From Candidatus Bathyarchaeota archaeon (GTDB taxonomy: Archaea; Thermoproteota; Bathyarchaeia; Bathyarchaeales; Bathycorpusculaceae): a DNA stretch of 64,000 nt. Both the position numbers and the translations under genes were made by a program. The DNA is taken from positions 871,144 through 935,143 of the forward strand of contig OY969560.1 of NCBI GenBank assembly GCA_963701045.1. Reading direction: 5' to 3'. The first letter of the stretch is position 1, and each line of letters opens with the position of its first letter. Shown piece after piece: positions 19,954 through 29,483 of the stretch. A model generated the notes under the pieces. It made no database searches, was not told the origin of the DNA, and saw only the letters and a program-made list of their open reading frames with translations.

Positions 19954-22647
19954 TTGAAAATAAATAAATATATATCTTTAATTTTGACAACACTTTTGAT
20001 TGCATCGGCAGCTCTAGCTATTATGAATACAATGCCCGTAAAAGCTCAACAAGGAGTAACCATAGGGACATGCGCAAACTCCCATTACAGGCGGACCAGT
20101 TCCAGCAGGAGTAACCCCAAGCACAAATATTCAAACAATATCATACATTAGTTTCTCACCGAATCCGATAGGCGTTGGACAGCAACTATTAATCAACGTA
20201 TGGCTTCAACCCGCAACTCAAGTTAACAGAGCACACACAGGATACTCAGTCGACATAACAAAGCCAGATGGAACAGACATTAAGGTAGGTCCATTCAATT
20301 CTTACCAAGCAGACGCAACAGCATGGCTAACTTATATTCCAGACGTAGCAGGCAACTACACAATTCAGTTCTCGTTCGCAGGCGATTATTACCCAGCCGG
20401 ATACTATTATCAATGGACTCTTAGCCAATACAACCCAATCTGGAACCATTATTGTCTCAGCTGGAACAAGCTACCAACACAGGTTTCAATGCTACTCAGG
20501 ATGTCTACTATGCACCTTCAAGCACCGAAAAATTCACTCTTGTAGTTCAACAAGACCAAGTAAGCAGTTGGCAACCAACCCCACTCCCAGGGGCAGGAAA
20601 CTACTGGATACGACCTATCCACCCAGACAACAGAGAATGGTGGGTAATCGGCGGGAACGTTCCATATAATGAAATCGGCGGCGGCACAGGAACCCCAGGA
20701 TGGCCAGACAACACCAACGTTTACTCTAGCAACTACAGATTCATGCCTTATGTCTTAGGTCCAACCAGCGCACACGTCGTATGGAGACAACAAGGTGCCT
20801 TAGACGGCATATTTGGTGGACTCATCGATGGAGCTTACACAACGGCCCAAGCACCAGATGTTGACTTCGCAGGTGCAGCCTTTACATTTGGAAATACTGG
20901 TCCAGGCTTCGGAGGAAACCCCAGCATCGCCTTCGCAGGAAGATTATACAATTCAATCACAAAGGTATTTGACGGTGCAACACAGACCGTTTGGGAATGC
21001 TCCGACATTCGCACAGGACAAGTTTACTGGGATCTTGCAAACGTTACCAACAAGCCAACATACATTTCATATGCTGAAAACGCCCCACCAGTGCCAGGAG
21101 GATTAGGACGAACCGACAGAACAACTGTGTCTCTTCTATACTTAGGCTCAAACCTAGTGACAAAATACAACCCAATTACCGGAGCGATTACACTTAACGT
21201 AAGCATTCCAAGTCTCTCATCAAGCACTTTATATGCTGATCCATATGTTTTGAGCATACAAGACCTAGGTGCAAGCCAAGGTGCCAACAGATATCACTTA
21301 ATCAACTGGACACTCCAAGGACTTACGACAAATGTCACTGCTTTTCCAACTAACAATGTAATAAGTAACATAACCTATCCGTTCTCCAGCATAGGCACTG
21401 CAGATTTCGAATCAATGATATCAGTAAACTCAGTTAGCAACAACGTACCTGCAACTGGAGTAGCTTCAGACGTTTGGATCATGGCAGCAGACCTAACGAC
21501 AGGAAAACTACTCTGGAATGAATCAACAGGCATTGGTTACCCGATCTTCAGCGGACTAGGACTTTCAGACCACGGAAAATACACAAACCGCTTCGACGAC
21601 GGCCACTTCTATTGCTGGGACTTACGCACAGGCAAATTCCTATGGAAGAGCGATATCTCAAGTCTCCCATGGGGAACATTCGGTTCATACCAAGATGAAT
21701 CAGCTTATGGTCTCATATTCTACAACCAATATGACGGCATTGTAGCGTATGACTGGAACACAGGAAAAGTAGCTTGGCACTATCAAGCACCCTCAGTACC
21801 ATTTGAAACCCCCTACCTAACAAACGGCGTTGGAAACACTAACACCTCAACCCAAGGTCAATCCTTCTTCAGCGGAAGTGTCATAGCAGACGGAATGGTA
21901 TACACATATGCAGTTGAACACTCACCCACAGCTCCACTAACCAGAGGATGGAATACATATGCAGTAAACGCTACAACAGGTGCACTAGTTTGGAAAACAT
22001 TAGGTTCGATGATTCCAGGCGTAGTTCAAGATGGCTACCTAACAGCTACTAACTACTATGACGGGTACATGTACGTCTTCGGCATGGGACAAAGCGCAAT
22101 CACAGTAACAACACCACTTAACCAAATCTTAGTAGGACAAAATGTAGCAATAACTGGCACAGTAATGGATAAATCTCCAGCGACTTCACAAACTCCAAAA
22201 TATGCTCCCGATTCAGGTGTTCCTTGCGTTTCCCACGATTCAATGGGTGACTTTATGGCATACCTATACCAGCAAACACAACTACCCGCTAACCTCACCG
22301 GCGTTCCTGTCTCTATCGACGCTACTGACCCCAACGGAAACCCAGTCCACATCGCTACAACAACAACTGATCCCACTACAGGTGCCTTCGGCGCTACTTG
22401 GACCCCAACAATTCCAGGAGAATACAAGATATACGCAACCTTTGCAGGTGATGATTCATACAGCTATTCATTAGCATCCTCTTTCGCGACAGTAACTGCA
22501 GCACCAACGGCAACAACGACACCGCCCACAGCAACACAATCAGCAGGCGTAACCATGAGTGACTTCGTAACGTACTTCATTGCAGGCATAATAGCTGTCA
22601 TAATTGCAATTGCAATCGTTGGCATATTGATTCTAAGAAAACGATAA
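19954..22647 (+). CDS. Large secreted PQQ-like beta-propeller/Ig-like surface protein with C-terminal TM anchor; three +1 frameshifts in the 5' part
   Basis: Signal peptide from TTG 19954. Colinearity with paralogue 50892-53534 (SPNPIGVGQ, WLQP, ITKPDG, YPAGYY) needs +1 shifts near 20071, 20408 and 20475. Also TG.LLW repeats, Thr-rich linker, TM+LRKR. Confidence 0.85.
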
Positions 22648-22665
22648 AACTCTAAAAACAAATAT

Positions 22666-22686
22666 CATTTTCTTTTTTCTTTTTTT
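22666..22686 (+). terminator. Archaeal oligo-U terminator
   Basis: TTTTCTTTTTTCTTTTTTT about 20 nt after the stop codon. Confidence 0.6.
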
Positions 22687-22759
22687 AAGTTTTCAACAAA
22701 ATCTGAAAACAAAAAATGTTTAATAAATAATAGCTATTTTGTTTACTTGTGAATCAACA

Positions 22760-23056
22760 ATGAAGTTTTTGGTTATTCAAAAGGTAAAACGTGAAGTACC
22801 GATTGAGAAATGGTCTAAACTATTGCCCTTGCAATTCAAATATTTTGAAAAGCTTGAAAAAGAAAAAACAATTGAGGTAGACTACCATCTTATCGGGCAT
22901 CAAGGTACAATGCTAATTGCAAATGTTGATTCAGACGAGCAACTCTCAAAAGTAATTGGACAAGACCCTTTATTCTTTGAATGCGAACGAGAAATATATC
23001 CCCTAACAACTCGTTTAACACATGAAAAACAAATAAGAGAACTTTTAAAACCATAA
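22760..23056 (+). CDS. Muconolactone isomerase-like / DUF3303 dimeric alpha-beta barrel protein
   Basis: MKFLV, I.NVDSDEQL...DPLF, EIYPL pattern. Confidence 0.6.
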   Translation: MKFLVIQKVKREVPIEKWSKLLPLQFKYFEKLEKEKTIEVDYHLIGHQGTMLIANVDSDEQLSKVIGQDPLFFECEREIYPLTTRLTHEKQIRELLKP

Positions 23057-23072
23057 TCGGAAGTTTTTTGTT

Positions 23073-23633
23073 ATGGTTTGCCACGGTGGATTTAATCTAG
23101 ACGAAGCTACAAGGCGATCATGGTACAATCCAGAAGATATACTGAAATCCCTCGGCGAAGGAATGGTTTTCGCAGACGTGGGCTGCGGCGACGGTTTTTT
23201 TACCATTATAGCGGCTAAAAAAGTTGGTCAAGAAGGGAAAGTGTACGCCGTAGACGTTGACGCACAAGCAATTAAGCGGCTAAACCAGAAAGCCACACTC
23301 TTGGGGTTGCAAAACATAATTACTAAGATCGGCCCGGCTGAAGACGCCGTTTTCTGCAGCAAATGTGCTGATATGGTTTTTTACAGTATGGTTCTGCATG
23401 ACTTCTCAGACCCAACGCTGGTGTTAAAAAACGCTTGGAATATGCTAAAACCTACAGGACTGTTGCTAGATTTAGATTGGAAAAAAATACAGGTGCCTTT
23501 TGGTCCTCCATATTCGATCCGTTTTAGTGAAGATTATGCATCAACGCTTATCAGAAATGCCTGCTTCAAAGTGTTCGATGTTAGAGATGTCGGCAACTAT
23601 CATTATGTTGTCGAGGCTAAGCTGTTGCCATAA
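23073..23633 (+). CDS. Class I SAM-dependent methyltransferase
   Basis: ADVGCGDGFF, VYAVDVD, LKPTG, DWKK..FGPP. Confidence 0.9.
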   Translation: MVCHGGFNLDEATRRSWYNPEDILKSLGEGMVFADVGCGDGFFTIIAAKKVGQEGKVYAVDVDAQAIKRLNQKATLLGLQNIITKIGPAEDAVFCSKCADMVFYSMVLHDFSDPTLVLKNAWNMLKPTGLLLDLDWKKIQVPFGPPYSIRFSEDYASTLIRNACFKVFDVRDVGNYHYVVEAKLLP

Positions 23634-23636
23634 ATC

Positions 23637-24242
23637 TTATTTTTGTGCGGCGATATCGTAGAGCGCCATTAGGTCTTTTTTGAATTGTTCAGTCTCGGTT
23701 TTGTAAGCTGAATGCCCTGATCCATTGTAAACTTTTAGTTTTGCGTCTGGCAATTTACTTTCTAAAGTTCGCATATCTTCTCCTGAAACGATATTGTCCT
23801 TTGAGCCCCAAATTATCCTGACTGGAAAATTAAATCTACCATAGGACTCTTGTAAATTGTCACTTAACGATCGGGCAGGAGCGATCAACAGCAAGCCTTT
23901 CACTGGAAATTTTGTCGCGTACTGCAAAGCCATGTGACCCCCGATGCTGGCGCCAACAAGAACAGGCACTGCTTCACCAAATACAGTCTTGATAGCTTCA
24001 GAGACAAAAGACAGGTTTTTTTCTGTGCTTCTAGTTTTAGGCTGACATTTACTCTTCATTCCATAAGGCATATCTAACATCAAAAACGGCACTCGTTTAG
24101 CAAGCAACAAATCAGATACCCCAATCTGCTGCCAAATCTCAATGTTATAAGATAAGCCATGCAAGAAAATAATAGGAACACCTGGAGTGTTGTTGTAGAG
24201 TGTTCGGCATTTGTAGCCCGACAAACTTAATGCTTTTTCCAT
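23637..24242 (-). CDS. Alpha/beta hydrolase (ABHD14-like)
   Basis: FLHGLS, DMPYG, GASIGG nucleophile elbow, WGSKD, SGHSAY. Confidence 0.88.
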   Translation of the reverse strand: MEKALSLSGYKCRTLYNNTPGVPIIFLHGLSYNIEIWQQIGVSDLLLAKRVPFLMLDMPYGMKSKCQPKTRSTEKNLSFVSEAIKTVFGEAVPVLVGASIGGHMALQYATKFPVKGLLLIAPARSLSDNLQESYGRFNFPVRIIWGSKDNIVSGEDMRTLESKLPDAKLKVYNGSGHSAYKTETEQFKKDLMALYDIAAQK

Positions 24243-24340
24243 AGGCTAAACGTGGTTCTCGTTTCTAATAACATTTAAGGCCAATAGCTGATAGACGAAA
24301 AAGATAATAGACTTTCTTGGTGTTTAGGATTGGTGACTTT

Positions 24341-24820
24341 TTGACTGTCAAAGTCGGCGACAAAGCTCCTGATTTCAGTTTGTCTTCACAGATGGGTGAT
24401 AAAGTAACCCTTTCCGAGTTTTTCGGAAAAAAGAACGTGGTTTTATATTTTTATCCCAAAGATGAAACACCAGGTTGCATAACGGAAGCCTGCAATTTCA
24501 GAGACAGCTATGAGGAGTTGACAAGTTTAGGCGCAGAAGTGCTTGGTATCAGTGGACAAAGCGTAGCATCACACAAATCTTTTGCCACTCACTACGGCTT
24601 GCCCTTTATCCTCTTAAGCGACGAAGATAACAAAGTGCGCAAACTCTACGGTGTTCCCTCAACTATGGGTTTGATTCCGGGTCGAGTTACGTACATAATT
24701 GATAAACAAGGCATTGTCCGACACATTTTCTCTTCTCAAACTCAGGCACCAAGACATGTCGAAGAAGCAAAAACAGCTTTAAGACAACTTGAAAATCCGT
24801 CGCAAACCCCTAATTCTTAA
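24341..24820 (+). CDS. bcp: Peroxiredoxin Bcp/PrxQ
   Basis: VGDKAPDF, YFYPKDETPGCITEAC, GRVTYIID. Confidence 0.93.
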   Translation: MTVKVGDKAPDFSLSSQMGDKVTLSEFFGKKNVVLYFYPKDETPGCITEACNFRDSYEELTSLGAEVLGISGQSVASHKSFATHYGLPFILLSDEDNKVRKLYGVPSTMGLIPGRVTYIIDKQGIVRHIFSSQTQAPRHVEEAKTALRQLENPSQTPNS

Positions 24821-24828
24821 AGTGAAAA

Positions 24829-26070
24829 GTGCAAATGTTGCAAGTTTACAATACTCTAACTCGGAAAACTGAGCCATTCTATCCATCCGAAGACATGCAT
24901 GTTAAAATGTATACTTGTGGTCCCTCAACGTATCAGCGGGCACATATTGGCAACTACCGCACTTTTCTCTTTGAAGACTTGTTGCAAAGGTACATGGAAT
25001 ATCTTGGCTACAAAGTAACACGATTAATGACGCTAACTGACGTAGAAGACAAAGCTATCACTCAGGCCCAAAAAGAAAACTTAACAGTTGAAGAGCTTAC
25101 AAGAAAAAACGAAGCCATCTTCTTTGAAGATTTCGAGCTTTTGCACATAAAGAAGCCAGATTACCCAGTCAGAGCTTCCTCAGCCGTTGATCAAGCGTCA
25201 AAACTTGTTTCTGAACTTATGAAGAAAGGCTATGTTTACTGGTACAAGTATGAGGGTGTCGTGAATGCCTATTTTGATGCATTAAAATTCAAAGGGTTTG
25301 GCAAACTTTCACATCTGGATTTGAATAAGTGGCCTGAAAAGAGGCGGCGTTTCCATAAAGACACGTATCCTGGTACGCCGTGGAATATGGGTGACTTTAT
25401 TGTGTGGCATGGCTGCGGATTGTGTGGCGTTTGCTATAATACATCGATTGGTAGCGGTAGACCAGCATGGAACATTCAGGATGTCGCCATCGTCACCAAA
25501 CATTTGGGCTTTAGCATAGACGTGGCTTGCGGTGGAATTGACAATCTCGTTAGGCACCACGATTACAACATAGCAATTTCAGAATCATTTAGTGGAAAAG
25601 CGTTTTCTCGATATTGGCTTCATGGTGGACACCTGTTTGTTGACGGCAAAAAAATGTCTAAAAGTAAAGGCAACGTGTATTATACAACCGATGTAATAGC
25701 CAAAGGGTTTAGTGGCGAACAACTTAGGTTCTTTTTAATTTACGGTCCATATCGAGAGAAACTAAATTTTACTTGGGAAAAAATCAAAGTTAGCAGTCAA
25801 AAGCTTGGATCTCTCAAGAAAATGGTTTCAGATTTGCAACAGTCAAAATCTATTTGTTCTGATAAAAAACTTGTGGCTCTAGCAAGAACACTTGTTCCAG
25901 TTTTCGAAGCTTCATTAAACAACGATTTAGATGTTAAAGGCGCTTTTGATAATCTGTACGAAACAATCAGTGAACTGCATAAAGCGCGTGATTTATTGAC
26001 GGCTGAAGATGTAAAAAATATTTTGAGGGATTTGAGGAGAATTAATGGTGTGCTTCAATGTCTTTTTTAG
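24829..26070 (+). CDS. Cysteinyl-tRNA synthetase paralogue (MshC-sized, no anticodon-binding domain)
   Basis: YNTLTR, MYTCGPSTY, HIGN, TDVEDK, GRPAWNIQD, GGIDN..HH, KMSKSKGN, DALR-like LNNDLD; ends at 413 aa. Confidence 0.85.
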   Translation: MQMLQVYNTLTRKTEPFYPSEDMHVKMYTCGPSTYQRAHIGNYRTFLFEDLLQRYMEYLGYKVTRLMTLTDVEDKAITQAQKENLTVEELTRKNEAIFFEDFELLHIKKPDYPVRASSAVDQASKLVSELMKKGYVYWYKYEGVVNAYFDALKFKGFGKLSHLDLNKWPEKRRRFHKDTYPGTPWNMGDFIVWHGCGLCGVCYNTSIGSGRPAWNIQDVAIVTKHLGFSIDVACGGIDNLVRHHDYNIAISESFSGKAFSRYWLHGGHLFVDGKKMSKSKGNVYYTTDVIAKGFSGEQLRFFLIYGPYREKLNFTWEKIKVSSQKLGSLKKMVSDLQQSKSICSDKKLVALARTLVPVFEASLNNDLDVKGAFDNLYETISELHKARDLLTAEDVKNILRDLRRINGVLQCLF

Positions 26071-26306
26071 ATTAAATCGCCGACAAGTTTGACGCGTTTG
26101 AGGTTTTCATCTCTGTGAGGTGCCATTTCTAACTCTTCAGTTAAGTCCTTACCTGCATTATGCATGCCTAAGTGTTCCCCGTCAAGCCAGAAACTGCTGT
26201 CTGAAACATCATAAACCTTGCCTCCGTAAGCAAGATACGCAGGCTTCCCGTTTCTTCCATCATTTTGCTCCAGTTCTTGTTTAGTAACTTTTTTTGTTTC
26301 AGCCAT
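26067..26306 (-). CDS. Cytochrome b5-like heme/steroid-binding domain protein
   Basis: EL...DGRNGKPAYLAYGGKVYDVS..W..GEH...H.AGKDLT...APH. Confidence 0.9.
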   Translation of the reverse strand: MAETKKVTKQELEQNDGRNGKPAYLAYGGKVYDVSDSSFWLDGEHLGMHNAGKDLTEELEMAPHRDENLKRVKLVGDLI

Positions 26307-26394
26307 AAAAACCCGTTTTCCTTGTATTGTTAGACTTTGAACCCTTATATTTAAATTGTTTAGATTTTTCTTTTTTCGATTGGTTAAATGCGTT

Positions 26395-26540
26395 TGTCTA
26401 TTTTATTTTTGTTCTTTTTGTGTGGGTGTGGGGCTGTAAATTTGCACACTACACTTGGGGGTTTGGATTTGTTTGTTTTCTTGGTTTAGGTTGTTTTCCA
26501 GTTGTTGTTTGAGTGTGCGGAGTTTGGTTGTTCCACACAG
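26395..26540 (-). repeat. A/C-rich dispersed repeat, degenerate copy C
   Basis: Same composition and AAAAGAACAAAAA-type end; weaker sequence match than the other copies. Confidence 0.4.
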
Positions 26541-26865
26541 CCTACATGGATTTAATGTTGAAGTGTGTGAGTGTGAGCGTGGGACTATGTTGCCTTTCGT
26601 TTTAGGAACGCTTAATTGGGCTTTCCATGGATCAGAATCTGAATGGCTCAAGAAGAATCCACTGAATGATAGTACAATGGAAATCCATAGCGTCATTGAT
26701 GTTTTTCGATGGATGTGAAGATTTTTTCTTTTTGGCCTTTGATTAGATTACGTTGTGGATAACAAATAAATTGAGGTATAATGTGATGCCTGAGCATTTT
26801 TGTTATTCTAACATTTAATAGGAATTTTTAATAAGGTAGTATTGAACGATTTGTTGGAGATTGCT

Positions 26866-28566
26866 TTGCCCCAAAAAGTTTTAGTTACATCCGCTTGGCC
26901 CTACATCAATGTTACGCCTCATCTCGGAAATCTAGTAGGCTCAGTCTTGTCTGCTGATGTTACTGCAAGATATTACAGGCTTAAAGGCGATGATACCATG
27001 ATGGTAAGCGGTTCTGATACTCATGGCACGCCTATTGAAGTCGAGGCCATAAAGCAAAAAATAACTCCTAAAGAACTTACTGACCGCAACCATAAACGTG
27101 TCGCTGAGCTTTTCCGTCGTTGGGACGCAAGCTTTGACAACTACACCAGCACAGAAAGCCCAATTCACAAAGAGTTTGTGCAGAAAACTCTCTTGGAAAT
27201 ACAGAAAAACGGTTATATCTTTGAGCAAGAAACTCAGATGCTTTATTGTGAGCATGACCAGCGGTTTTTGCCTGACCGTTTCGTAGAAGGAAAATGCCCT
27301 TACTGCGGCTGTGAAAAAGCCCGAGGCGACCAATGTGACATTTGCGGTAGATTGCTTGAACCAACCGCGCTTATTGAGCCCTATTGTGTCATCTGCAAAA
27401 ATAAACCTGTTATTAAAACCACACGTCACTGGTACATTGACCTGTCAAAATTGAGCGAACCTTTAACAGAATATCTAAAAACGAACCAGCAGCTTCCAGC
27501 GAACGTTAAAAGCTTTAGTTTAAACTGGATTAAGGAAGGATTAAAACCTCGAGCTGTTACCCGTGACGTAGAATGGGGTATTCAAGCACCTTTCAAAGGT
27601 GCAGAAGGAAAGACTATCTATGTTTGGGTTGACGCCGTTCTCGGTTATGTTTCTGCTACAATCGAACAGTCCCAGCTTTTAGGGCAGCCTGATCTTTGGC
27701 GAGAGTTTTGGTTTAACAAGGATGCTCGTACTCTCTATTTCGTGGGCAAAGATAATATTCCGTTTCACACGATAATTCTGCCAGCTCTTCTGCTTGCGTC
27801 GGGACAAGGTTACAATCTGCCGTGGAATGTTTCGGCTACGGAGTTTTTGCAGTTTCGTGGGCAGAAAGCCTCTAAAAGTCAGCGCGTTGGCATATGGATT
27901 GATGAAGCCCTTGAAATGTTTCCTGTAGATTATTGGCGCTTTTTCTTAATAGCTACTAGGCCTGAAAGCAAAGACACTAACTTTACTTGGTCGGCTTTCA
28001 CTGATAAAATCAACGCAGATCTTAACGATACGTATGGAAACTTTATCCACCGTACATTAAGCTTCATCTCCTCGAAATTCGATGGAACAATCCCGGCGCC
28101 AACCAAATTGGACAAAGATGATGAAGCGATTCTTCAATCTTTAAGAGAGAAGGTGGCGCAAGCTGCTAAGGAAATTGAGGATTCATGGCTGCAATCTGCA
28201 GTAAACACTCTGATCAGCATAAGCCGTCTTGGCAATCAGTATCTTAACACAAAAGAACCTTGGAACCTGATGAAAACTGATAGGGAAAGAGCAGGTACAA
28301 TTTTCTACGTTGCCGCTCAAGTAGTGAAAGCTGCCGCTTTGGTTTCCGCAGTCTTTATTCCGCAGACGGCTGAGCAGCTTTGGCAAACTTTACAGCTTCC
28401 AGGAAAAGTGGAGAACAGCCGATGGAGTGACGCTTTAACTCCGCTTGAGGCAGGACACAAAATAGCAAAACCAAAACCGCTCTTCCACAAAATCGACGCA
28501 GACGAAGCGAAGTTGGATGAACAGCTATCTCAAATCAGGGTGAAACTGGGAACAATGCCCAAATAA
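26866..28566 (+). CDS. metG: Methionyl-tRNA synthetase
   Basis: TSAWPYIN..HLGN, SGSDTHGTP, Zn knuckles CPYC/CDIC, YVWVDA, GKDNIPFH, KASKS. Confidence 0.96.
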   Translation: MPQKVLVTSAWPYINVTPHLGNLVGSVLSADVTARYYRLKGDDTMMVSGSDTHGTPIEVEAIKQKITPKELTDRNHKRVAELFRRWDASFDNYTSTESPIHKEFVQKTLLEIQKNGYIFEQETQMLYCEHDQRFLPDRFVEGKCPYCGCEKARGDQCDICGRLLEPTALIEPYCVICKNKPVIKTTRHWYIDLSKLSEPLTEYLKTNQQLPANVKSFSLNWIKEGLKPRAVTRDVEWGIQAPFKGAEGKTIYVWVDAVLGYVSATIEQSQLLGQPDLWREFWFNKDARTLYFVGKDNIPFHTIILPALLLASGQGYNLPWNVSATEFLQFRGQKASKSQRVGIWIDEALEMFPVDYWRFFLIATRPESKDTNFTWSAFTDKINADLNDTYGNFIHRTLSFISSKFDGTIPAPTKLDKDDEAILQSLREKVAQAAKEIEDSWLQSAVNTLISISRLGNQYLNTKEPWNLMKTDRERAGTIFYVAAQVVKAAALVSAVFIPQTAEQLWQTLQLPGKVENSRWSDALTPLEAGHKIAKPKPLFHKIDADEAKLDEQLSQIRVKLGTMPK

Positions 28567-28577
28567 GAGGCAAATCA

Positions 28578-29228
28578 ATGCAGATTAACGCAGACCTCCA
28601 CGTTCATACAACCTACTCAAAAGACTCAGTTATTACCCCAAAAGACCTTGTCAAATATGCAAAAAAACGCGGGTTAAACGCGGTGGCTGTCACTGACCAC
28701 AACTCGCTCGAAGGCTCATACAAGATTGCTAAAGAAATAGATTTTCTTGTTATTCCAGGCATGGAGGTTTCCAGCGCTGAAGGACACATCGTTGCATTGA
28801 ACGTGAAAGAACTTGTTCCAAGAGGTTTGAGTGCAGCTGAAACGGTTGAGCTTATTCATAAAGCAGATGGTGTGGCAATTGCTTGTCACCCTTACGCGTC
28901 TTTCAAAGGTTGTTTGGGAGAAGCAGTTACTTCATCGTTTGATGCCATCGAAACCATCAATGCCCGAGCTATTCCATTCAAACGAAGTGTTAAGCAGGCG
29001 GAGGCAAAAGCAAGAAGTCTCTCTCTTCCAAGGGTCGGAGGAACAGATGCTCATTATGGTCCACAGATTGGATACGGCTATACAGTTATCGATTCAGAGG
29101 CGCCCACGGTGGAGGCAGTCTTAAGCGCTATTGTTGAAGGTAAATGCCAACCTTTTGGTCAAGCAGTTCCATTAACCTCAAATCTTATGCTTAACCTTTT
29201 TAGAATAAAATACATGTTAAAAATCTAG
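28578..29228 (+). CDS. PHP-domain metal-dependent phosphoesterase
   Basis: DLHVHT..S.D, AVTDHN, GMEVSS..GH, CHPY, GGTDAH. Confidence 0.92.
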   Translation: MQINADLHVHTTYSKDSVITPKDLVKYAKKRGLNAVAVTDHNSLEGSYKIAKEIDFLVIPGMEVSSAEGHIVALNVKELVPRGLSAAETVELIHKADGVAIACHPYASFKGCLGEAVTSSFDAIETINARAIPFKRSVKQAEAKARSLSLPRVGGTDAHYGPQIGYGYTVIDSEAPTVEAVLSAIVEGKCQPFGQAVPLTSNLMLNLFRIKYMLKI

Positions 29229-29483
29229 AAGTTGAGTTTCTTTTTTAAAAAGCGACGTTTTTTGTTTGCAGCTTTTGAGGTTTGCATCCTAATTGTGGAA
29301 AACCTTCATTTCTGATACAAAGGGCTTTCTAAAGCAGATTAGTAACGAAGAGTTAAATCTAAGTTCTAAGGTAAAAGGAAATAGGAAGGGGGATTGGAAC
29401 CTGTTTATTTCCTCTGGATCATGACAGGTTTTTTCCGCTTGGGCAAATCAACTAAACTTTGACTCTTAGATGAGAGGGATTGA

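Noticed and set aside
26866-28566. MetRS lacking a C-terminal tRNA-binding domain and having KASKS
   Set aside because: Short MetRS forms and KMSKS variants are common; not unusual.
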